Source of the DNA: Candidatus Omnitrophota bacterium
GTDB lineage: Bacteria; Omnitrophota; Gorgyraeia; Gygaellales; Profunditerraquicolaceae
Assembly: GCA_016867115.1 (NCBI GenBank)
Contig: VGKG01000001.1
Coordinates: forward strand, 173,403 to 237,402
Direction: 5' to 3'
DNA length: 64,000 nt
Shown: piece after piece, positions 55,866-64,000 of the stretch
How positions within the stretch are numbered: position 1 is the first letter of the stretch
Layout: the number at the start of each line of letters is the position of its first letter
Made by a program: the position numbers and the translations under genes
Notes under the pieces: generated by a model
Told to the model about the DNA's origin: nothing
Database searches by the model: none
Seen by the model: the letters and a program-made list of their open reading frames with translations, nothing else

Positions 55866-56669
55866 TTATAGGTATTTTTTAGCATAAGCTACGCCGTTTT
55901 GAAAAATAGCCAAACCTTCTCCTGTCCTTTTTGTCTTTTCTCTGCACCATCGGGGATGTTGCTGTGCTGAAACATGTCTTTCCGGATGAGGCATGAGCCC
56001 CAGGATCCTTCCGGTCTCATCGCAGATCCCCGCAATGTTCGCCATTGAACCGTTGGGGTTGTCAGGATAACCGGTAAGAGCTCCTTTTGCGTCGCAATAT
56101 TGAAAAACGATCTGGCCCTTCTCTTTTAATCCGGCGAGGGTCGTTTTATCTTCGCTGATAAATTTCCCCTCCCCGTGCGCCACCGGCAGATAAATCAACT
56201 CCGGAAATCCTTTGGTCCACACACACCTAACATGCGACGTGGTGACCTGGTGACCTGGTGACTTTAGGTAGACCCAGCGGTCCTCAAATTTCGCCGAGTC
56301 GTTGATGATGAGGCTTGCCGTCTGTTTTAATTCATCGTTGCCGGGCAGGAGGCCGGCTTTGACCAAGATCTGAAATCCGTTACATATACCGATGATCAAC
56401 TTGCCTTCAGCGACAAACTTCTTGATCTCGGAGCCGAGTTTAAACCTCAACTCATTAGCCAGCACCTTGCCAGCGCCCAGGTCATCGCCATAGGTGAAAC
56501 CTCCGGGCAGGGCCAGGATCGTGTAATCCTTAAGGTACTTCTCGGAGCTGATCAGGCGGTTGACATGCACCAACTCCGCAGACCCGCCTGCCGCATCAAA
56601 GGCAAAGGCAGTCTCCTTGTCGCAGTTTGTCCCAGCTGTCCTTAATACGCAAACCTTAACTCTCGCCAT
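55866..56669 (-). CDS. purQ: Phosphoribosylformylglycinamidine synthase, glutaminase subunit.
   Basis: 267 aa. Class I GATase triad (GICNGFQ, H...E). About 40 aa longer than B. subtilis PurQ. Confidence 0.9.
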   Translation of the reverse strand: MARVKVCVLRTAGTNCDKETAFAFDAAGGSAELVHVNRLISSEKYLKDYTILALPGGFTYGDDLGAGKVLANELRFKLGSEIKKFVAEGKLIIGICNGFQILVKAGLLPGNDELKQTASLIINDSAKFEDRWVYLKSPGHQVTTSHVRCVWTKGFPELIYLPVAHGEGKFISEDKTTLAGLKEKGQIVFQYCDAKGALTGYPDNPNGSMANIAGICDETGRILGLMPHPERHVSAQQHPRWCREKTKRTGEGLAIFQNGVAYAKKYL

Positions 56670-57324
56670 AGAACTTTCTTATCGCAGCCACTACGTCCTT
56701 TGGTTTATCCACCACGCTAAAGATCTTCAGGTCCGCGGGGCTGATGTTACCTTCTCTCAAGACCGTGTGTTTCAGCCATTCGAGCATCCCCTTCCAGTAT
56801 TCTCTTCCTACCAGGACTACGGGGAACTTTTTGATCCTTTCCGTCTGGATCAGATTAACGGCCTCGTAGAACTCATCCAGCGTCCCAAAGCCTCCGGGCA
56901 GGATCACAAAGGCCTTGGCGTATTTGACGAACATGACTTTTCTGACAAAGAAATAGCTGAAGTCAAGCAGGAGGTCCACGTATTTATTCGGCTTCTGCTC
57001 GGAAGGTATCTGGATATTTAAGCCGATGGACTTGCCGCCGGCCCTCTTTGCACCCCTGTTTGCCGCCTCCATGAGTCCGGGCCCGCTTCCGGTGATCACC
57101 GCATAACCTTCCCTGGCGATCTCATAGGCGATATCTTCGCCCAGCTTATAATACCTGCTGCTTGCCGGGGTGCGGCTTGAACCGAAGATAGATACCGCAT
57201 CGCCTACCTCAGAGAGGACCTCAAAACCCTCCACGAACTCAGACATTATCCTGAATACCCGCCAGGTCTCTTCGCGGGTAAAATCTTCCTTGGGATAACG
57301 GTTTTCTCTTTTCTTCTTTACCAT
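56656..57324 (-). CDS. LOG-family protein (TIGR00730; cytokinin riboside 5'-monophosphate phosphoribohydrolase-like).
   Basis: LOG motifs (SIFGSSR, GGFGTLDEFYE). I moved the start to MVKKKREN (about 57324). The gene sits between purL and purQ. Confidence 0.75.
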   Translation of the reverse strand: MVKKKRENRYPKEDFTREETWRVFRIMSEFVEGFEVLSEVGDAVSIFGSSRTPASSRYYKLGEDIAYEIAREGYAVITGSGPGLMEAANRGAKRAGGKSIGLNIQIPSEQKPNKYVDLLLDFSYFFVRKVMFVKYAKAFVILPGGFGTLDEFYEAVNLIQTERIKKFPVVLVGREYWKGMLEWLKHTVLREGNISPADLKIFSVVDKPKDVVAAIRKFYGES

Positions 57325-60296
57325 TGCAGGGGCTCCTTCCAGGCTGATTTTAGAGCGTCGATATTCGCTTTTACGCAGGGCTCTCCGTCTAAGCCGAAGA
57401 CCCTGAAAATTTTGCCCTTGTTCACGCATCCGATCAGGCCGAAAGCTACGCCTTTATTTTTCAGGATGCGCTCAAATTCTTTCTGCTCCTTCTTCTCCAC
57501 TTCCACGATGAATCTTGAATTCGATTCGGAAAAAAGGATAAAGTCATCCCTCAGCTCACTAACTTTTGACTTTTGAGTCGCAATTTTGACATTTGACATT
57601 TGACATTTGACATTATATGGCACCCCTGAGAGGAATAAATCCATGCCCAGGCCCCCGGAGAAGCTCATCTCCGCCGCAGCGACACCGATGCCACCCTCGG
57701 AGCAATCGTGCATAGCCCGGATCAGGCCTTTATCTGAAGCGATACTTAAAGCCTCAAAATTAAGTTTTGCTGTTTTAGGAAATACCTGCGGCACGGAATT
57801 GCCGGTAAGGCCGGTGAGGCCAAAATAATGCGAACCTCCCAGCTCAGGACGGGTCAGGCCCACCACATAGACCGGATTACCGGCTTCTTTTGCATACATG
57901 GAGACGCTTTTTCCCGTGTCCTCCATGACCGCAAGGGCAGAGATCAAAAGCGTACCCGGGATAGCGATAGATTTATTCTTTACCGTGAACTCATTATTTA
58001 AGCTGTCCTTTCCTGAAATAAAAGGCACGCCAAAACCCTTTGCCGCGTCATAACAACCCAGGGCTGCGCGTACCAATCCGCCCAGCCGGTCGGGTTTATC
58101 AGGATTGCCCCAGCAGAAATTATCCAGGATCGCCACTTCCTTTAATGAGCCGCCCACAGCAATGACCTGTCGCAGCGCCTCGTCAATGCAGGATGCCGCC
58201 ATCCAGTAAGGATCGATCAGCCCGTATCTGAAGTTTATGCCGCAGGAGACGATCAGGCCTCTCTTTGAATTTAATATCGGTTGAGCTACCGCCGCATCCG
58301 AAGGCCCGTCATTTACTATGCCGCTTAAAGGCTTTATTATTGAGCCGCCCTGCACTTCATGGTCATACTGCCGGATGACCCACTCCTTGGAACAGAGGTC
58401 ATACTGGCCGAATATGCGGGTCAGGGATTTAGTCAGGTCCCTGGGGCAGCTGCGCTTGAATTCCTTGTGCCGGGGCTGGATAAAGATGGCATTTCTAGTG
58501 ATCTGAGGTATTCCTTCATGCAGGAAAACCATATCCAGGTCAGAGACCAGATTATCCTGATAATAGAGTTTAAGTTTGCCTGTATCAGTGAACTCTCCGA
58601 TCACTGTCGCCTCTACGTTTTCGCGGCTGAAGACCTCGATCAACGCATCTATCTTATCCTTGGGCACGGATAGGACCATCCTCTCCTGCGACTCGGAGAT
58701 CCAGATCTCGGTGTAAGAGAGGCCGGTGTATTTGAGGGGCACTTTATCCAGATAGACCTCAGTGCCCAATTCAGCGCCCATCTCCCCCACGGCGCTAGAG
58801 AGCCCGCCTGCGCCGCAGTCAGTGATCGCGCTGTAGAGCCCGGCGTCGCGCGCAGTAAGAATCGTATCCAGCATCTTCTTTTCCTGGATGGGGTTTCCGA
58901 TCTGTACTGCGCCGCTTGAGACAGTTTCTGACTCATGGGTCAGCTCCCCGGAAGAAAAAGTCGCGCCGTGGATACCGTCCCTTCCGGTGCGGCCCCCCAC
59001 GACCACAATCAAGTCTCCGGTATGCGTCTCCTTAAAGGATTTTTCCTTAGGCATGATCCCCACTGTCCCGCAATACACTAACGGATTACCCACGAAACGC
59101 TCATGGAAAAGGATTGCGCCATTAACTGTAGGAATACCCATCTTATTGCCGTAATCCTTCACCCCGGCGACTACCCCTTTCATGATCCGCTTAGGATGCA
59201 GGGTCCCGGCGGGCAATTTTTTGAAGGGATAATCCGGCGGGCCGAAACAGAAGACATCGGTGTTCAGGATGGGTTTTGCGCCAAGGCCTGTACCAAGAGG
59301 GTCCCGGATCACTCCGCCTACGCCGGTATTTGCCCCGCCAAAAGGCTCTAAGGCCGAGGGGTGATTGTGCGTCTCTACCTTAAAACAGACATTATGTTTT
59401 TCGTCAAAACGGATGACCCCGGAATTATCCTTAAACACCGAAACGCACCAGGGCTTATCCAGCTCCTTAGTCACCTTCATAATCGTAGACTTCAGTAGAT
59501 TATTAATGATGAAGTTACGTTTACCGTTTACTGTGTACCGTTTACCGTCTGAAGTCAAGCGCTCAGTATATTTAATTTTTCCTCGAAATGTCTTATGGTA
59601 ACAATGCTCAGACCAGGTCTGGGCCACTGTCTCAAGCTCGACGTCAGTAGGATTGCGTCCGAGCTTACGGAAATAATCCTTGATGTGGCGCATCTCAGCC
59701 AGGTTCAGGAATAACTGGCCGTCTTTGCTCAGGCGCGCTAATTCTTTATCCGAAGCATTCAATAATTCGATAGTACGCAGTCTGAATTGGTAGCCTGAGC
59801 CGGTTAAGGCGTACGGCAGGGAACCGGGGATTTCGCTTGATACGATATGCTGGATCAATTTGTTATAAAGGAGTTTTTCCGAGATGACTCTAAGCTGTGC
59901 TGAGGTAAGCCTGCCTTTGAGGATGAACTTTTTGGCGGTCTTGACACTTACTTTCTCTTCGATCCCGAGGTCACGGATGCCTTTGAGCGCGGATTCCTCG
60001 ACCGGATCCATTACTCCCGGATTATAGGCAACTTCGATTACAAACTCATCTTGGGTTTTGCGTTGCGGGTTGTGGGTATTGTTGAAGCTATACTCCTGGG
60101 AGATCTTATCGACTAGTAACTCGGAGCAGATCTTTTCGAGCTCCTCTTCGCAGATATCGCCGTCAAGGATGTAGACCTGGATAAACTCTGCCTCCCGGAC
60201 GCTTTTTATACCTAAGTCCAGGATATCTTTCCTGATGCCGCTCCCCACGGCATCAAAGACTCCAGGCTTATCCTTTACCTCGATTTTGTACAGCAT
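57318..60296 (-). CDS. purL: Phosphoribosylformylglycinamidine synthase: two N-terminal PurS-like repeats fused to PurL (FGAM synthase II).
   Basis: 992 aa. Residues about 1-80 and about 85-165 are each PurS-like (MLYKIEVKDKPGVFDAVG... and FVIEVAYNPGVMDPVE...). The remainder is PurL. Contains an internal (TTGACAT)x4 repeat. Confidence 0.9.
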   Translation of the reverse strand: MLYKIEVKDKPGVFDAVGSGIRKDILDLGIKSVREAEFIQVYILDGDICEEELEKICSELLVDKISQEYSFNNTHNPQRKTQDEFVIEVAYNPGVMDPVEESALKGIRDLGIEEKVSVKTAKKFILKGRLTSAQLRVISEKLLYNKLIQHIVSSEIPGSLPYALTGSGYQFRLRTIELLNASDKELARLSKDGQLFLNLAEMRHIKDYFRKLGRNPTDVELETVAQTWSEHCYHKTFRGKIKYTERLTSDGKRYTVNGKRNFIINNLLKSTIMKVTKELDKPWCVSVFKDNSGVIRFDEKHNVCFKVETHNHPSALEPFGGANTGVGGVIRDPLGTGLGAKPILNTDVFCFGPPDYPFKKLPAGTLHPKRIMKGVVAGVKDYGNKMGIPTVNGAILFHERFVGNPLVYCGTVGIMPKEKSFKETHTGDLIVVVGGRTGRDGIHGATFSSGELTHESETVSSGAVQIGNPIQEKKMLDTILTARDAGLYSAITDCGAGGLSSAVGEMGAELGTEVYLDKVPLKYTGLSYTEIWISESQERMVLSVPKDKIDALIEVFSRENVEATVIGEFTDTGKLKLYYQDNLVSDLDMVFLHEGIPQITRNAIFIQPRHKEFKRSCPRDLTKSLTRIFGQYDLCSKEWVIRQYDHEVQGGSIIKPLSGIVNDGPSDAAVAQPILNSKRGLIVSCGINFRYGLIDPYWMAASCIDEALRQVIAVGGSLKEVAILDNFCWGNPDKPDRLGGLVRAALGCYDAAKGFGVPFISGKDSLNNEFTVKNKSIAIPGTLLISALAVMEDTGKSVSMYAKEAGNPVYVVGLTRPELGGSHYFGLTGLTGNSVPQVFPKTAKLNFEALSIASDKGLIRAMHDCSEGGIGVAAAEMSFSGGLGMDLFLSGVPYNVKCQMSNVKIATQKSKVSELRDDFILFSESNSRFIVEVEKKEQKEFERILKNKGVAFGLIGCVNKGKIFRVFGLDGEPCVKANIDALKSAWKEPLQW

Positions 60297-60330
60297 GTAA
60301 AGACGGAACTTATAGGGTGGGAAATAGTTT

Positions 60331-61623
60331 CTATAAACCGACCTGCCGGAAAATCTTATTCACGTTACGCAGGTAATAATCCAGGTCAAAAATGCGCTCA
60401 AGGTCCTTCTCGGTAAGGAGCGAGCTCACCGCAGGGTCATTTAAGAGGTTCTCCTTAAAATCCGTACCCTCTCTCCAGGTCTTCATCGCGCATCTTTGCA
60501 CATAGTCATAGGCCTTCATCCGCGGTAAGCCGCGCTCCATGAGCTCAAGCAGGACGCGCTGCGAGAATATCAGGCCATGCGTGCGGGCTAAATTAGCCAG
60601 CATATTCGCAGGATACACCTTTAACCCTTCAATCACTTCGATGAACTTATTCAGCATGTAATCTAAGGCGAGGGTCGAATCCGGGACGATCACCCGTTCA
60701 ACCGAAGAATGTGAAATATCCCGCTCATGCCAGAGCGCCACATTCTCCATTGCGGCCAGGGCATTGGCGCGCAGGAGCCTGGCGAGGCCGCAGATGCGCT
60801 CGCAGATCACCGGATTGCGCTTGTGCGGCATGGCAGATGAACCCTTTTGATTCTTGCCAAAAGGCTCCTCTGCTTCCAGGACTTCTGTCCTCTGCAGGTG
60901 CCTGATCTCGGTGGCGAACTTATCCAGGCTTGAGCCGATGATAGCGAGCCGCGCCATCAAAACCGCGTGAATATCCCTCTGCACTATCTGGGTCGAGATC
61001 TTCGCCGGCCGCAGGCCTAACTTTCCACAGATGTATTTTTCTACCGCCGGCTCGACATTGGCATAAGTTCCGACTGCGCCGGAGATCTTGCCGACTGCGA
61101 TCTCATCCCTGGCTAATTCCAGCCGCTCCAAATTGCGCCTTGTCTCGTCGTACCAGAGCGCAAGCTTAAGACCAAAGGTAGTAGGTTCTGCATGCACCCC
61201 GTGAGTGCGGCCGATACAGACCATATCCTTGTAGCTGCGCGCCTTCTTTGCCAGTAATTTCAGGAGCCGATTAAGATCCTGGATCAATATACCGCAGGCA
61301 GCCTTTAACTGCACTCCAAGCGTCGTGTCTAAGACATCCGAAGAGGTCAGGCCCATGTGCAGGTATTTGGCGTCCGGGCCGATATATTGGGCGACATTGG
61401 CCACAAAAGCCACCACGTCATGCTGGGTCTTCTCTTCTATCTTTCTGATCTGCTTGAGGTTGAATCTAGCTTTCTTCCTGATCCTTCTGACTGCGTCCTG
61501 CGGGACCTTCTTTTCTTTGGCAAGCGCTTCTAAGGCGAGTATCTCAATGTCCAGCATGGTCTTAAACTTAAACTCCTCTTCCCAGATGCCGGACATCTTA
61601 GGTAAGCTGTAACGTGGGATCAT
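60331..61623 (-). CDS. purB: Adenylosuccinate lyase.
   Basis: 430 aa. Fumarate-lyase signature (GSSAMPHKRNP). Confidence 0.95.
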   Translation of the reverse strand: MIPRYSLPKMSGIWEEEFKFKTMLDIEILALEALAKEKKVPQDAVRRIRKKARFNLKQIRKIEEKTQHDVVAFVANVAQYIGPDAKYLHMGLTSSDVLDTTLGVQLKAACGILIQDLNRLLKLLAKKARSYKDMVCIGRTHGVHAEPTTFGLKLALWYDETRRNLERLELARDEIAVGKISGAVGTYANVEPAVEKYICGKLGLRPAKISTQIVQRDIHAVLMARLAIIGSSLDKFATEIRHLQRTEVLEAEEPFGKNQKGSSAMPHKRNPVICERICGLARLLRANALAAMENVALWHERDISHSSVERVIVPDSTLALDYMLNKFIEVIEGLKVYPANMLANLARTHGLIFSQRVLLELMERGLPRMKAYDYVQRCAMKTWREGTDFKENLLNDPAVSSLLTEKDLERIFDLDYYLRNVNKIFRQVGL

Positions 61624-61695
61624 TTTGTCTCCTTTGAAGAAATCTTATTATATCAAAAATCGGGGCTTATGCAATAAAAAAGGGCGAACGGAACC

Positions 61696-64000
61696 TTACC
61701 CTAAGAGGACTTTCAGGATATGGGTTTTAGTGGCGGGAAACCTGAGGATCTCCTTGCGGGAGATGGTTATACCGGCAGATGGCTTTATAAAGAGATTGCG
61801 GCCGTTGAGGCTGGCGCGGATGATCTTATATTTTCCGTAATCGAGCCTTGCGGGATTATGGAAACTCACCCTGATCCTGCGGCCGGCAAACATGCGGCTA
61901 ACACTCAGAGTTTTACTCTTCTTAAACTGCTCAACACAGAGTTTCGGTTCAATGAGCAGGTCTCCGTCCTGGCCCCTTACGCCGAAGGCAAGCCTGGCCA
62001 GCGTCAGCACAAACCAGCTGGCAGAACCGGTCAGATACGCATACATACCCCTGCCTTCAAGATTGAAATACTCCGGCAGGCAAGGGTAGATCTTTGCTTT
62101 TTTAGTATCCAGCGCCATCTTAGAGATCGAATCTAAGGCTCTCCAGCCCTCCTTAGCGAACCCGCGCCTGTACAAGGCATTGGCGAACATCACTACCATA
62201 TGGTTAAAGAAGGCGCCGTTCTCCTTATCTCCGTATATAAAGGAAAAAGCCCGGCCAAGATCAAGCTGCTCATCTTTAAAATCGGTATTAAGATGATAAC
62301 CTTTAAGTTTTTTATCCCACAGATATTTATTGACGCTGGCCAGGATCTTTTTTATCTGTTTATCGTCGGCAATCCCGCTCATCACCGGAAAGACTTGTCC
62401 GGTCAGGGTCATGCGCAAAATCCCGCCCGCTCTTCCCTCTACGCGGCGGCCGCGATTATCATAATAGCCGTTGAAAAAGCCGTCTTTAAGCCATTCGCTT
62501 TTACGGATGTGTCCCTGCATCCATTCGGATTTGGTCATCAGGTCATCCGCAAGCAACGCGGCATTCAGGCTGGCCTTCTTTCCGGAAATACCCTTACTGA
62601 CTTTTTGCAGATAATCTTCAAGGAGCCTGCGCTTGGCCTTTACATTGCAGTAATCTAGCGGCCCAAGCAATAGCTTTAACTCCTCTGCCACTTCTATTCT
62701 TTCTCTACCGAGCTTCTCAAGCATCCGCGCCAAGAGGGAAAGGTTAAGCGCATACATTGTACTAAAGGCTACGCTCTCTCCGTTCTCACCGGCCATATCC
62801 AGGCCGTCATTCCAGTCAGCGCCTTCAAGCCGCACATGATTATGTCTGCCCACATTAAAGAACTGGGCCAGGCTCTGTATCAGGAGGTGCTCAAGTATGC
62901 TTGCCTTATAAATCTTACCCGACTTAGCCTTAAGACAGCTGCCCTCAGACGGATCATATTCTTTATCTATTGAGCGCGAACGCAGGATGTGCTGGTCGCG
63001 GAAATACCCTGTCTTTTCTAAAAGGATACCTTTGTCTCCGGTCTCATGCAGGTAAAGGTCTACTGTCAGAAGAGGCCAGACTCCGTGGTCCATCCAGACG
63101 CGGGCGATATCATTACGGTCAGCGATGAACTCACCCGGCTTTTTGCCGATGATAGTGGCGTTTGATCCGTCGATCCTGACTCCGGAAAAATTATTCACTA
63201 ACATAGAACGCACTGAGGCAGGATCAGTCAGGATCAGGCTTAGGCAATCCTGCCAGAGGTCGCGCCAGCCCCGGCCGCCTTTTCCGTAATCAAAATCCGG
63301 CAAAAAGGAACAGCCGAAGATCCTTCTTAAGGTCGGCTGGATGCTCACCCAGCGCAACCAGTTGTCGAACTCAGAGTCGGAGGTAGAGATCTCTGCCTCG
63401 AGGCTCTTCTTTACCCAGAAATCCTTTGTCTGCCTGAAAGATGCTTCCGCTTTTTTCAGGTCTTTAAACTTGCGGATGATCTTTTTTATCTCGGAAAGAT
63501 GCTCAGTGATCCCCATGACAATAATATAGGAGCGGGATCTGCCCGGCCCAAGAACCATACTTCTAAAACGTAAGGCTCCCATCGCCTCTCTTCCCTGGAT
63601 CTGCATTTTAGCCGGAGGCAGATTCCCTAAAACGCTCTCCGGAGCTTCCAGGTCCCCTGCCTCGCCGCAAAAGATCTCCTGCGTCGGATAAAGATATTGC
63701 GGAGGAAGGCCTTTTTCATCCCAGCCCAGGACAAAATAAAGATCCTTATTCGGCCGGTGGCCTGCCTCATCAAAAGAAAGGGTAGGTTTTGAGATCACCC
63801 CGTATTTATCCGGGATGATCCTCTGCAGGAGGCTGGTGACATGGCGGTGGTCGCGCAGGTTATTTGCCCCCCGGCCGTAGATGGGGATAGCTGCAGTAGG
63901 AGTGAATCTTACCGCGCGCTTAGTAGTATTGCTGATCTTAACCTGCATCACCTCGACCGGCTCACTGCTTGAAGGCACAAAAGAAAGGATCTCTGCCTCA
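61696..64000 (-). CDS. GH94-like (cellobiose/chitobiose-phosphorylase-type, (alpha/alpha)6-barrel) glycoside phosphorylase, partial.
   Basis: 760 or more residues. (alpha/alpha)6-barrel region with a catalytic-type EGADWNDGLDMAG motif. The 5' end probably lies beyond the window; the Met at 63978 may be internal. Confidence 0.5.
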   Translation of the reverse strand, partial: EAEILSFVPSSSEPVEVMQVKISNTTKRAVRFTPTAAIPIYGRGANNLRDHRHVTSLLQRIIPDKYGVISKPTLSFDEAGHRPNKDLYFVLGWDEKGLPPQYLYPTQEIFCGEAGDLEAPESVLGNLPPAKMQIQGREAMGALRFRSMVLGPGRSRSYIIVMGITEHLSEIKKIIRKFKDLKKAEASFRQTKDFWVKKSLEAEISTSDSEFDNWLRWVSIQPTLRRIFGCSFLPDFDYGKGGRGWRDLWQDCLSLILTDPASVRSMLVNNFSGVRIDGSNATIIGKKPGEFIADRNDIARVWMDHGVWPLLTVDLYLHETGDKGILLEKTGYFRDQHILRSRSIDKEYDPSEGSCLKAKSGKIYKASILEHLLIQSLAQFFNVGRHNHVRLEGADWNDGLDMAGENGESVAFSTMYALNLSLLARMLEKLGRERIEVAEELKLLLGPLDYCNVKAKRRLLEDYLQKVSKGISGKKASLNAALLADDLMTKSEWMQGHIRKSEWLKDGFFNGYYDNRGRRVEGRAGGILRMTLTGQVFPVMSGIADDKQIKKILASVNKYLWDKKLKGYHLNTDFKDEQLDLGRAFSFIYGDKENGAFFNHMVVMFANALYRRGFAKEGWRALDSISKMALDTKKAKIYPCLPEYFNLEGRGMYAYLTGSASWFVLTLARLAFGVRGQDGDLLIEPKLCVEQFKKSKTLSVSRMFAGRRIRVSFHNPARLDYGKYKIIRASLNGRNLFIKPSAGITISRKEILRFPATKTHILKVLLG

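Noticed and set aside
1-64000. CRISPR arrays, rRNA/tRNA genes, transposases or integrases marking a mobile island.
   Set aside because: No regularly spaced direct repeats with unique spacers. No intergenic region has cloverleaf-sized structure. No transposase-like ORF. The only recombinase (xerC, 22324..23244) sits in the conserved chromosomal dprA-topA-xerC arrangement, not at an island border.

Overview
This 64 kb window is a gene-dense chromosomal segment from a Gram-negative (diderm) bacterium. GC content is moderately high, and 63 of the 64 coding regions I called sit on the minus strand with short or overlapping junctions. I could not place the lineage from sequence alone. The short PPIase-less trigger factor and several unusual domain fusions suggest an uncultivated or deep-branching group.

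From high to low coordinates on the minus strand, the window contains:
- 61696..64000: a partial GH94-like phosphorylase gene running off the window end.
- 50351..61623: a purine-biosynthesis cluster (purB, purS-purS-purL fusion, a LOG-family gene, purQ, purF, purM, purD, purE), followed by a ywlC/ywlE-rpiB-glyA-like block with dCMP deaminase and nrdR.
- 38399..47220: a CCA-adding enzyme, two AsmA-like proteins, a C-terminally truncated pyruvate kinase, an outer-membrane barrel, rtcA and a YdbL-like lipoprotein.
- 34044..38385: a three-gene operon of membrane proteins with no recognised function, then an ECF sigma factor, an anti-sigma factor and an LTXXQ periplasmic protein.
- 32685..34043: yjbQ, with a 0.7 kb AT-rich insertion and a decayed second copy of the yjbQ 5' end next to it.
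- 29247..32683: a Macro-NUDIX fusion, divergent from the only plus-strand gene (a Ski2/HelY-like helicase), and a hypothetical protein.
- 23296..29231: an SNase-like nuclease, aroC, a hypothetical protein, spoVG, aroK, dprA and topA.
- 19098..23244: xerC, waaA, a STAS-PilZ protein, a HAD hydrolase and a UPF0016 membrane protein.
- 2326..19084: a large LPS inner-core/lipid A operon (lpxK, an LpxL-ELM1 fusion, six glycosyltransferase domains in four ORFs including GT9-GT9 and GT4-GT9 fusions, a polysaccharide deacetylase, a deoxyhypusine-synthase-like protein, a heptose-7-phosphate kinase, kdsB, kdsA, kdsD, kdsC, a fused lptC/lptA, lptB).
- 1..2318: a short trigger factor, clpP and a partial class V aminotransferase.

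I found no rRNA, tRNA, CRISPR array or transposase. The things most worth a second look are:
- a family of GGGGACAC...GTGTCCCC palindromic intergenic elements at four loci;
- the AT-rich insertion flanked by a duplicated yjbQ 5' end;
- a PurF whose glutaminase-domain catalytic residues are replaced, including Ser at the Cys1 position;
- the multiply fused LPS-core glycosyltransferases with C-terminal Cys4 tails;
- a zinc-ribbon/TM2/pilin-like fusion protein in the membrane operon next to the ECF sigma factor;
- a deoxyhypusine-synthase-like gene inside the LPS operon.
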